Source of the DNA: Actinomycetota bacterium
GTDB taxonomy: Bacteria; Actinomycetota; AC-67
NCBI GenBank assembly: GCA_005883175.1
Contig: VAYV01000023.1
Location: 1 to 24,032 of the forward strand
DNA: 24,032 nt
Direction: 5' to 3'
Shown here: positions 16,062-23,666 of the stretch, piece by piece
Numbering within the stretch: position 1 is the stretch's first letter
Layout: each line of letters starts with the position of its first letter
Notes under the pieces: model-generated
Told to the model about the DNA's origin: nothing
Databases searched by the model: none
What the model saw: only the letters and a program-made list of their open reading frames with translations
Position numbers and translations under genes: made by a program

Positions 16062-16982
16062 TTACACCAGCGTCTGCATGATCTGCGGCAGCACCCAGTG
16101 CAGATCGTCCTGCCAGTACGGCCACGTGTGCGCACCCGGTCCGTAGAACGAGTCCGTATGCGGGATGTGCGCCTGATCAAGCGCGTGCGCGAAGCTGAGG
16201 TTCAACTGGTACGCGCCCCCTTCGATGAAGTATGCCCCAGGGTTAGACGGGTCTTCGTGCTTCCCGCCGGGGAACCCATCGCCGCACGCTAGGAAGAGCT
16301 TGGTTCCGGCGAGCTTCGCGGCCATGTCCTTCGGATTATGCGCCTGCCAGTTCTTCAGGTCCGTTAGCTGATTGCCCCAGACGCGATCGTCGGGCGTTCC
16401 GAATATCTGATGAAGGAGGGAGAACGCGGCACCGCTCACCGGCGCGCCGTAGGTGATGTCGACCGCGCCCGAGAACTCGGCGGCGGCTTTGAACTCACCA
16501 GGATGTGCCGCTGCGTAGTACATGGCACCGTATCCGCCCATCGAGAGTCCGGCGATCGCGCGCTTCCCGTTGCCGTGATACGTCGCTTCTACGTACGGGA
16601 TCACGTCGTTGATGTGGAACGATTCCCAATGGCGCGATCCGTCGATCCAGTCCGCATACCATCCGGCGTCGGCATTGTGGCCGGAATCCGGCATCGCGAC
16701 GATCACGCGGTAGGCGGACGTGAAGCTCACGATGTCGGTGTTCTGCGTCCACTCCTGGTACGAGCCGCCGGCACCGTGCAGCAGGTAGAGCACGGGATAC
16801 GTCTGCGACGCGTCGTACCCCCCCGGCAGGATCACACGGACGTGGTTGTCGGGCACCTTCAAGCCCGGCGCGACGGGAACCTGGATGGTCAAGCAGCGCG
16901 GCGGCGGACAGATCGTGTCGGCGCGCGTCGGTAGCAACGCGAGGAAGACGATCGCGGTTGCGGCGGCGATGAAGCGCTTCAC
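16062..16982 (-). CDS. Secreted antigen-85-like esterase/acyltransferase, copy 1 (306 aa)
   Basis: Signal peptide ending PTRA|DT; YPVLYLLHG, GWYADW, AGLSMGGYGA (Ser), YFIE (Glu), GAHTWPYW (His). Confidence 0.88.
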   Translation of the reverse strand: MKRFIAAATAIVFLALLPTRADTICPPPRCLTIQVPVAPGLKVPDNHVRVILPGGYDASQTYPVLYLLHGAGGSYQEWTQNTDIVSFTSAYRVIVAMPDSGHNADAGWYADWIDGSRHWESFHINDVIPYVEATYHGNGKRAIAGLSMGGYGAMYYAAAHPGEFKAAAEFSGAVDITYGAPVSGAAFSLLHQIFGTPDDRVWGNQLTDLKNWQAHNPKDMAAKLAGTKLFLACGDGFPGGKHEDPSNPGAYFIEGGAYQLNLSFAHALDQAHIPHTDSFYGPGAHTWPYWQDDLHWVLPQIMQTLV

Positions 16983-17025
16983 GCGGGGTTATTCGGTGTG
17001 GCCGAGGCCGGTTCCTGCGCGCGAT

Positions 17026-17946
17026 CTAGCTCAGCGCCTGCACGATCTGCGGCAGCGCCCAGTGCAGATCGTCTTGCCAGTATGGCCAGCTGTGCTGCCC
17101 GGACCCGTAGAACCGGTCGGTGTGCGGGATGCCCGCGAGCGTCAGCGCGCGCACGAAGCTGACGTTCATCTGGAATATTCCGTTCTCCAGGAAGTAGCCG
17201 CCGGGGTTGCTCGGGTCGTCGTGGGTTCCGCCCGGCAACCCATCCCCGCTCGCGAGGAAAAGCTTGGTGTTCTTGAGGCCCGCAACCAGATCGGTTGGGT
17301 TGTGCGCTTGCCAGTTCGATAGGTGGGTTACCTGATTGCCCCAGATCTCATCGCCCGGCGTCCCGAACATGTCGTGCAGCGCGTTGAACGCGACGCCGCT
17401 CACCGGCGCACCGTACGTGATGTCGACCGCGCCCGAGAACTCCGCCGCCGCCTTGAACATCCCCGGATGCGAGGCCGCGTAGAACATCGCGCCATACCCG
17501 CCCATCGACAGACCGGCGATCGCCCGCTTGCCGTTCCCATGGAACGTGCGCTCGATATACGGGATCACATCCTTGATGTGGAACGATTCCCACTGGCGCG
17601 ATCCGTCGATCCAGTCCGCATACCATCCGGCGTTCGCGTTCCGTCCTGAGTCGGGCAGGGCGATGATCACCCGATACGCCGACGAGAAGCGCAACAGGTC
17701 GGTGTTCTGCGTCCACGTCTGATACGTGTCGCCGGCGCCGTGCAACAGGTACAGCACCGGATAGGACTTCGACCGCTTGTACCCGGCCGGCAAGATCACA
17801 CGCACGTGGTTATCCGGGACCTTCAATCCCCGTGTGACCGGAACCATCACCGTCAGGCAACGCGGCGGCGGGCACGCGGTGTCGGCGCGCGCAGGCAGCA
17901 CTCCGACGACGGCGAGCGCGATGGCGGCGAAAGTGAGGCGCTTCAC
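17026..17946 (-). CDS. Secreted antigen-85-like esterase/acyltransferase, copy 2 (306 aa)
   Basis: GTG 17946 gives MKRLTFAAIAL...PARA|DT; same motifs (GLSMG, YFLE, GQHSWPYW). Confidence 0.88.
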   Translation of the reverse strand: MKRLTFAAIALAVVGVLPARADTACPPPRCLTVMVPVTRGLKVPDNHVRVILPAGYKRSKSYPVLYLLHGAGDTYQTWTQNTDLLRFSSAYRVIIALPDSGRNANAGWYADWIDGSRQWESFHIKDVIPYIERTFHGNGKRAIAGLSMGGYGAMFYAASHPGMFKAAAEFSGAVDITYGAPVSGVAFNALHDMFGTPGDEIWGNQVTHLSNWQAHNPTDLVAGLKNTKLFLASGDGLPGGTHDDPSNPGGYFLENGIFQMNVSFVRALTLAGIPHTDRFYGSGQHSWPYWQDDLHWALPQIVQALS

Positions 17947-17971
17947 GCCTCTCGGTTCGATGCGGAAGCGG

Positions 17972-18505
17972 TTACTTCCTGCGCGCGGGCTTTGGCGTAT
18001 CCGCCTCAAGCCGAACGTGGCGGTCGCCGCGCTCGTCGCGGCGCACCGCGTTCGCGTTCTTCAGGATCTCGAGCGCGCGGTCGGCGTGGATCTCCATGTT
18101 CAGCTCGGACTTGATGATGTCGAGCAGCCGTCCATCGGCCCCGATCACGAACGTGACGCGCCGGTTGAACAGTGGGCCCCTGCGCGACGCGCCGAATGCG
18201 CGCGCGATCGACCCGTCGGCGTCCGAAAGCAGCGGGAAGTCGAGGTCGTATTTCGATGCGAACTTGGCCTGCAGGTCCGGCTTGTCCGCGCTGATGCCGA
18301 GGCGCGTGGCGCCGGCGTCGTCGAACTCTGCTTGCAGGTCGCGGAAGTGGCAATTCTCCTTCGTACAGCCCGGGGTCATCGCCTTCGGATAGAAGAACAG
18401 AACGACCGGGCCGCGCGCGAGGTAATCGCTGAGCTTGACGGCCTCACCGGCCTGGGTGACGGCTTCGAAGTCGGGGACGACCTCGCCGATCGCGACGTCT
18501 GCCAT
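17972..18505 (-). CDS. bcp: Peroxiredoxin BCP/PrxQ
   Basis: VVLFFYPKAMTPGCTKENCHFRD (PxxxTxxC plus resolving Cys), FPLLSD, RRVTFVI; SD AGGAGG before ATG 18505. Confidence 0.93.
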   Translation of the reverse strand: MADVAIGEVVPDFEAVTQAGEAVKLSDYLARGPVVLFFYPKAMTPGCTKENCHFRDLQAEFDDAGATRLGISADKPDLQAKFASKYDLDFPLLSDADGSIARAFGASRRGPLFNRRVTFVIGADGRLLDIIKSELNMEIHADRALEILKNANAVRRDERGDRHVRLEADTPKPARRK

Positions 18506-18571
18506 GGAGAGCCTCCTGCGACGGGGTGCAACAGAAGGGTACATCTCGGACATCCCCGGCGCGATTTCCGG

Positions 18572-19690
18572 CTAGGAGACGCTGACGCCGATCGCCTTGC
18601 CGATCCCGAACGTGATCGCGCCCGTTATCGCGCCGATCACGATCATCCGGAAACCGATCACCAACGCGGGGCGACCAGTGAAGACGGATATCGCCCCGCC
18701 GACCGCGAACAGGGCCAGCGCGGCGACGGCAGCGGCGATCGCGATCGCCGTCCCGCCCGACGCGAAGAAGAACGGGATCACCGGCAATACCGCGCCTATC
18801 GCGAACGCGATGAACGACGATCCTGCGGCGACCCACGGCGACGCGAGCTCGCCCGGATCAAGCCCAAGCTCTTCTCGCGCCATCGTGTCGAGCGCGCTCA
18901 CCGGCTTCTTCATGATCTGAACGGCTAGCGCTTCCGCCTCCGGCGCGTCTAGTCCCTTCGCGCGATAGATCAGGGCCAGCTCACCCAGCTCTTCTTCCGG
19001 GAATGCGGCGATCTCTTCTCGCTCGATCTCGATCTCGCGCTCGTACAGCTCGCGCTGCGATCGCACGGATACCCACTCGCCGGACGCCATGGAGAACGCG
19101 CCGGCGACCAGCCCGGCGACGCCGGCCAAGATCACGAAGTGCTTGTTCTGCGTGCCGCCGGCCACGCCCATCACGAGCGACAGGTTCGAGAGCAGCCCGT
19201 CGTTGATGCCGAACACCCCCGCGCGCAGCGCGCCTCCCGCTCCGGCCCGATGCCTGCCTTCCGAGCGCGCGATGCGGTTGCCGGCCGTTCCGCCTTGCAG
19301 CGCGGACACGATGCGGCCGTGCATCCGTTCTTGGCCGGCCATGGAGTCCGGCGCTTCGGCGACGCGGTCGTAACGCTCGGCATCGGATGCTTCGAGGCGG
19401 AGAACGAGCGGCAACACCGCGTCGGCCCCGAAGCGCCGCGCGAGGAACGAGAGCGCCTTCACGCGGAGGGGCAACCGCGGCTTCTTCAAGTCGGGGAAGC
19501 CCGCGTCGCTGAGCATCTTCGCCCAGTGGTCTGCGTGCTTCTCTTCCGCTTCGGCCAGTGCGAGCAGAATCGGGCGCCGCCGCTCGTCGGCGCTTTCGGC
19601 GAGCGCCCGGTACAGCGTCGCGCCGGCGAGCTCGTCTTCCCAGAGCGTCCGGTAGCGCTTCGCGCGCTCGGCGTCCATCGTCGTCGCCAT
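18572..19690 (-). CDS. Erythrin (ferritin-like)-VIT1/CCC1 fusion, MbfA-like metal exporter
   Basis: N-terminal E...EEKH...E...ERMH di-iron pattern; LRAGVFGINDGLLSN and AGAFSMASGEWVSVRSQRE (VIT1). Start is 19678, 19690 or 19702. Confidence 0.88.
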   Translation of the reverse strand: MATTMDAERAKRYRTLWEDELAGATLYRALAESADERRRPILLALAEAEEKHADHWAKMLSDAGFPDLKKPRLPLRVKALSFLARRFGADAVLPLVLRLEASDAERYDRVAEAPDSMAGQERMHGRIVSALQGGTAGNRIARSEGRHRAGAGGALRAGVFGINDGLLSNLSLVMGVAGGTQNKHFVILAGVAGLVAGAFSMASGEWVSVRSQRELYEREIEIEREEIAAFPEEELGELALIYRAKGLDAPEAEALAVQIMKKPVSALDTMAREELGLDPGELASPWVAAGSSFIAFAIGAVLPVIPFFFASGGTAIAIAAAVAALALFAVGGAISVFTGRPALVIGFRMIVIGAITGAITFGIGKAIGVSVS

Positions 19691-19758
19691 CGCGACCAGC
19701 ATACGTCCCGCCTTCGCGGCTCGCGCGCGCACGTTTCCCGGCCGTATCGTGGGCGTTC

Positions 19759-20964
19759 GTGAAGGCATTGTGCGCCTCCCTCTCCGGTCCCGGGCACGGG
19801 CATCCGATGCTCGCAGTCGCCCGCGCACTCGTTGCGCGGGGCCACCGAGTGACGTTCTCATCCGGAACGCAGCACGCCGAGGAGGCTGCTCGAGAAGGCC
19901 TGCGTTTCGTCGAGATGCCGATCATCGTCGGCAGCACGCACGAGCGTTTGCGGCCGTACGAGGACTCGGAGGTCATGGCGCGCGCGTTCATGCCGATCCT
20001 CGATGTCGAGCAGCCCGAAGTCGTCGTTGCAGACTTGCTGACGCTCGGGCCGGCCCTTGCGGCCGAAGCCCGCCGGATCCCGCTTGCGACGTTGCTGATC
20101 CATCCGCTGCATTCGCCGTCACGCGACCTGCCACCGTTCGGGTGGGGGCGTGCGCCGGCGCGCGGCGTGCTCGGCTGGCGCGACGCGTGGCTGCGCGCGA
20201 GCAACGTCAGGACGCTGCAGCGCGCGCGCGACGACTTGAACCGCGTGCGCGTGAGCTTGGGTATCCCGCCGACCGCCCGCTTGGACGCACAGATATCCGA
20301 TCGGCTCGCGTTGGTTGCGACGCTGCCGTCACTCGAAGTGCCGCGGAGCGATTGGCCGCCGTACGCGCACGTCGTCGGACCGTGCCTCTACGACGCCGGC
20401 GGCGTCGTTCCCGACCTGCCGCCCGGCGAGGGGCCGATCGTTCTGATCGCCGCGAGCACCGCGCACGAGCAGCGGCCGTTGGTCGACGCGTCGGTCGATG
20501 CGGTCGAGCGTCTCGGTGTGCGCGCGGTGCTGACGGTCGGGAAGAGCTCGGCGCCCGCGTCGCTGCCGAGCGGCGTCGTCGCGGCGGGGTTCGTTTCGCA
20601 CGACGCGGTGCTGCCGTCGTGCCGCGCCGTGATCTGCAACGGCGGACACGGCATCGTCGCCCGCGCGCTGACGCACGGCGTGCCGCTGGTCGTCGTTCCG
20701 GGACACGGCGACCAGCAAGAGAACGGGTACCGGGTCGCGCGCGCCGGAGCAGGCGTGGTGGTCAAGCGAAGGAAGCTCGGCATGTTGACGCGCGCGCTGG
20801 ACCTGGTGCTCACCGAAGCGCGGTTCGCCGGTGCGGCGGCGGCGGTGGCGCACGAAGCCGCAGGCCTGGATGGGCCCGCGCGCGCCGCGGAGCTGGTCGA
20901 GGCCCTGGGCCGTACGGGAAGAGCTGCCCCGTCCGTTGACGTTTCAGAAGGTCGGAACCTATAG
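19759..20964 (+). CDS. GT-B family 1 (UDP-sugar/MGT-like) glycosyltransferase
   Basis: MKALCASLSGPGHGHPMLAVARAL...GHRVTF; PSPG-like HDAVLPSCRAVICNGGHG...GVPLVVVPGHGDQQENG. Confidence 0.87.
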   Translation: MKALCASLSGPGHGHPMLAVARALVARGHRVTFSSGTQHAEEAAREGLRFVEMPIIVGSTHERLRPYEDSEVMARAFMPILDVEQPEVVVADLLTLGPALAAEARRIPLATLLIHPLHSPSRDLPPFGWGRAPARGVLGWRDAWLRASNVRTLQRARDDLNRVRVSLGIPPTARLDAQISDRLALVATLPSLEVPRSDWPPYAHVVGPCLYDAGGVVPDLPPGEGPIVLIAASTAHEQRPLVDASVDAVERLGVRAVLTVGKSSAPASLPSGVVAAGFVSHDAVLPSCRAVICNGGHGIVARALTHGVPLVVVPGHGDQQENGYRVARAGAGVVVKRRKLGMLTRALDLVLTEARFAGAAAAVAHEAAGLDGPARAAELVEALGRTGRAAPSVDVSEGRNL

Positions 20965-20979
20965 TTACCGACGGGTAAC
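20936..20979 (+). promoter_or_regulatory. Thiolase promoter with overlapping palindromic operator
   Basis: TTGACG (20936-20941)-N18-TATAGT (20960-20965); GTTACC-GACG-GGTAAC (20964-20979). Confidence 0.75.
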
Positions 20980-21000
20980 AACACGCCGAAGGAGACTTCC

Positions 21001-22096
21001 ATGCGCGAAGCCGTGATCGTCGAAGCCGTCCGTACTCCCCTCGGGAAGCGCGGCGGCGCTTTGAAGGACGTCCACCCGGTGGACCTGCTCGCGAAAGCTT
21101 TGAACGAGCTCTTCGCGCGCACCGGTGTAGACCCGTCGATCGTGAACGACAACATCACCGGCTGCGTGTCGCAGGTCGGCGAGCAGTCGATCAACGTCGG
21201 CCGTAACGGCTGGCTCGCGGCGGGACTGCCCGATCACGTGCCGTCGACGACGGTCGACCGGCAGTGCGGCTCGTCGCAGAAGCGGCTTGGGCTTCCCGTT
21301 TACGCAGTCGATCGCTGATCGCTATCCGGGCGGCCTCGTCCCGCAAGGCATCAGCGCCGAGATCATCGCCGGCCGGTGGGGACTGGTGCGCGAAGACGTC
21401 GATCGCATCGGCTTGCGCTCGCAAGAGCTCGCGCAAGCGGCGACGAAGGAGGGCCGCTTCGAACGCGAGATCTTCCCGATCAAGGTCGGCGAGAACGGCG
21501 ACGTGCGCGTGTTCGACACCGACGAGGGATTGCGCGAGACTTCCCTAGAGAAGCTCGGCAGCTTGAAGCCGGCGTTCTACAACGAAGAGGTCGGGAAGCG
21601 CTTCCCGGAGATCAACTGGGTCGTGACTGCCGGGAACTCGTCGCAGATCACCGACGGCGCGTCGGCGCTTTTGATCACGTCGCCGGAGAAGGCGCGCGAG
21701 CTCGGCTTGAAGCCGCGCGCGCGCTTCCACACCTTCGCGGTTTCCGGTGCCGATCCGATCCTCATGTTGACCGCGGTTATCCCCGCCACGCAGCAGGCGC
21801 TGACGAAGGCGGGCTTGGGTCTTTCCGACATCGACGTCGTCGAGATCAACGAAGCGTTCGCGTCGGTCGTCCTCGCATGGAAGAAGGAGCTGGGCGCGGA
21901 CGACGAGTGGTTCGAGAAGAACGTCAACCCGAACGGCGGTGCGATAGCGATCGGGCATCCGCTTGGCGCGTCGGGCGGGCGCTTGATGACGACGCTGCTG
22001 CACGAGATGGAGCGCCGGGGCGCGCGCTACGGACTCCAGACGATGTGCGAGGGCGGCGGCATGGCGAACGCGACGATCCTCGAACGTCTCGACTAG
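21001..22096 (+). pseudogene. Acetyl-CoA C-acyltransferase (thiolase), split by an apparent ~100-nt deletion with frameshift at ~21280; probably an assembly artefact
   Basis: 5' frame MREAVIVEAVRTPLGKR...TVDRQCGSSQ; 3' frame NSSQITDGASA, EINEAFA, AIAIGHPLGASG, TMCEGGGMANA. Confidence 0.85.
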
Positions 22097-22105
22097 GCGG
22101 CGATC

Positions 22106-22372
22106 ATGAACGCCGCTCTGCGCGCGATCATCGCGATCGTCGCAGCGCTCGCCATCGCGTGGATCGGATGGGGGATGTTCCGCTCGCTCCTGCGGCGGAC
22201 GCCCCGCAACGTCCCGCTGCCCGAACCAGAAGCGACGCCGTCGGACGTTCGCATCACCTACCGTTGTGAGGAGTGCGGGACCGAGCTGCTGCTCGTTCGC
22301 AAAGGGTCGGAGGCGCCGCCGCGCCACTGCGGCGAGGCGATGATCAGGCGCGAAGAGGTCGAAGCAGGCTAG
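22106..22372 (+). CDS. Small membrane-anchored protein with a C-terminal CxxC...HC metal-binding ribbon
   Basis: N-terminal TM (AIIAIVAALAIAWIGW); YRCEECG...PPRHCGEAM. Confidence 0.75.
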   Translation: MNAALRAIIAIVAALAIAWIGWGMFRSLLRRTPRNVPLPEPEATPSDVRITYRCEECGTELLLVRKGSEAPPRHCGEAMIRREEVEAG

Positions 22373-22621
22373 CTACTCGTCGCGGATCTGCTCGGCCCGC
22401 TCCTTCAGCTTCTTGAAATCCTTGCGCGGCCGGTCGTCGGACACCAGCGAGTCGGTCTTCGAGAACCCCCAGCCCTCCAGCGACACATGAACCCGGCCGG
22501 ACCACGCCCGCTTCAGCGATCCGCCGCAGACCTCACAGGTGGTCGGCGGCGGGTCCGAGAAGCGGAGGATGTGCTCCTCGCGCGCGCCGCACGTTGTGCA
22601 CTTGTACTCATAGACGGGCAT
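22373..22621 (-). CDS. FmdB-family zinc-ribbon protein
   Basis: MPVYEYKCTTCG...PPTTCEVCGGSLKR...GWGFSKTD; SD GAGGTG before ATG 22621. Confidence 0.9.
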   Translation of the reverse strand: MPVYEYKCTTCGAREEHILRFSDPPPTTCEVCGGSLKRAWSGRVHVSLEGWGFSKTDSLVSDDRPRKDFKKLKERAEQIRDE

Positions 22622-22681
22622 CGTCCACACCTCTGTCCCCAGGCTGGGGATGAATGACACGACTGTAATTACTCGCCGGTA

Positions 22682-22912
22682 CTACCGCCAGAAGATGCCG
22701 GTGAAGAACCCGCCGGCGATGAGGGCGAACCCACTGAGCAAGCCCCACAATGGCGAGCCGCCCGGCAGGATCGAGAGGTAGTAGAGCACCAGGTCGAGCA
22801 CGCCGAGCCCGAGCATGCTCAGCATCAGGATGGGCAGCCATTTCGGCGACGGTTTCGGCTTCGGTTTCGGCGGCGGGGTGTACCGCCGCCTCTTGGATTT
22901 GGAGACCGGCAT
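22682..22912 (-). CDS. crgA: Cell division membrane protein CrgA
   Basis: MPVSKSKRRRYTPPP...SPKWLPILMLSMLGLGVL...WGLLSGFALIAGGFFTGIFWR; two TMs; divergent from DUF881; -10 TACTAT seven nt before the ATG (leaderless). Confidence 0.85.
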   Translation of the reverse strand: MPVSKSKRRRYTPPPKPKPKPSPKWLPILMLSMLGLGVLDLVLYYLSILPGGSPLWGLLSGFALIAGGFFTGIFWR

Positions 22913-22952
22913 GCGGGCTATAGTATCGGCCGTCCCCGGCGCCTGATAGAAG

Positions 22953-23579
22953 TTGAAGATACGCATAGGCTCGCTCGCGCGATTCGGCCCGCATCTCGCG
23001 GTTGCCGCCGAGGACGACCGGACGCGCGCGCTGCGCAAAGAGCTCGACCGGCTCCAGACCGAGCTGGCGAAGCTGCAGAAATCCGCCGCTTCCGCGGGGC
23101 TCGCGCAGGTGCAGAGCCAGATCGATCGCCTCGGCATGTACGCCGGGCTCGCGGACGTGACGGGGCCTGGTGTCGTCGTCGAGATGCGTGATTCGCTGCT
23201 TCGCCGCTCGCCGACGGGGGACCCGAACGACCTCGTCATCCACCAGCAGGACATCCAGGCAGTGGTCAACGCCCTGTGGGCCGGGGGAGCGGAGGCCATG
23301 TCGATCAACGGCGAGCGCCTGACGTCCGACAGCGCGGTGCGGTGCGTCGGGAACACGCTGCTGTTGCACGGGTCGGTCTACGCACCGCCCTATCGCATCT
23401 CGGCGATCGGCGACTCGGGTGCGCTGTCCGCCGTCCTCGCATCCGATCCGCTCGTCGAGCGGTTCCGGGTCTTCGTCGAGGACGTCCACCTGGGGTTCAC
23501 GATCCGCCGGGCCGGCTCGCTGACCGTGCCGGCGTTCCAAGGCGTGGTCACGGCGACGAGCGCGCGCGCAACCACGTAG
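22953..23579 (+). CDS. DUF881-family protein
   Basis: VTGPGVVVEMRD, LVIHQQDIQAVVNALWAGGAEAMSINGERL, CVGNTLL and PPYRISAIGD motifs. N-terminus uncertain. Confidence 0.9.
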   Translation: MKIRIGSLARFGPHLAVAAEDDRTRALRKELDRLQTELAKLQKSAASAGLAQVQSQIDRLGMYAGLADVTGPGVVVEMRDSLLRRSPTGDPNDLVIHQQDIQAVVNALWAGGAEAMSINGERLTSDSAVRCVGNTLLLHGSVYAPPYRISAIGDSGALSAVLASDPLVERFRVFVEDVHLGFTIRRAGSLTVPAFQGVVTATSARATT

Positions 23580-23666
23580 GGTTTGCCTGGTTTGGCCGGC
23601 TGAGCGGCGCTGCGCGACAATTCCTCTTCCGAACCAGACAGAGGAACCCTAGCGACGGAGAGTACG

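Larger units (their letters stand above)
16062..17987 (-). repeat. Diverged tandem duplication with a 964-bp period
   Basis: The stops (16062/17026), the starts (16982/17946) and the upstream 12-mer TTCCTGCGCGCG (17012/17976) are each offset by exactly 964 bp. Confidence 0.85.

Noticed and set aside
22669-22684. ATTACTCGCCGGTACT as a second GTTA-N8-TAAC site
   Set aside because: Several mismatches in both arms, and it overlaps the crgA stop; not convincing.
23621-23646. TTCCTCT/AGAGGAA inverted repeat upstream of the acyl-CoA ligase
   Set aside because: Only 7 bp with a 12-nt loop, no U-tract and no match to the thiolase operator; too weak to call.
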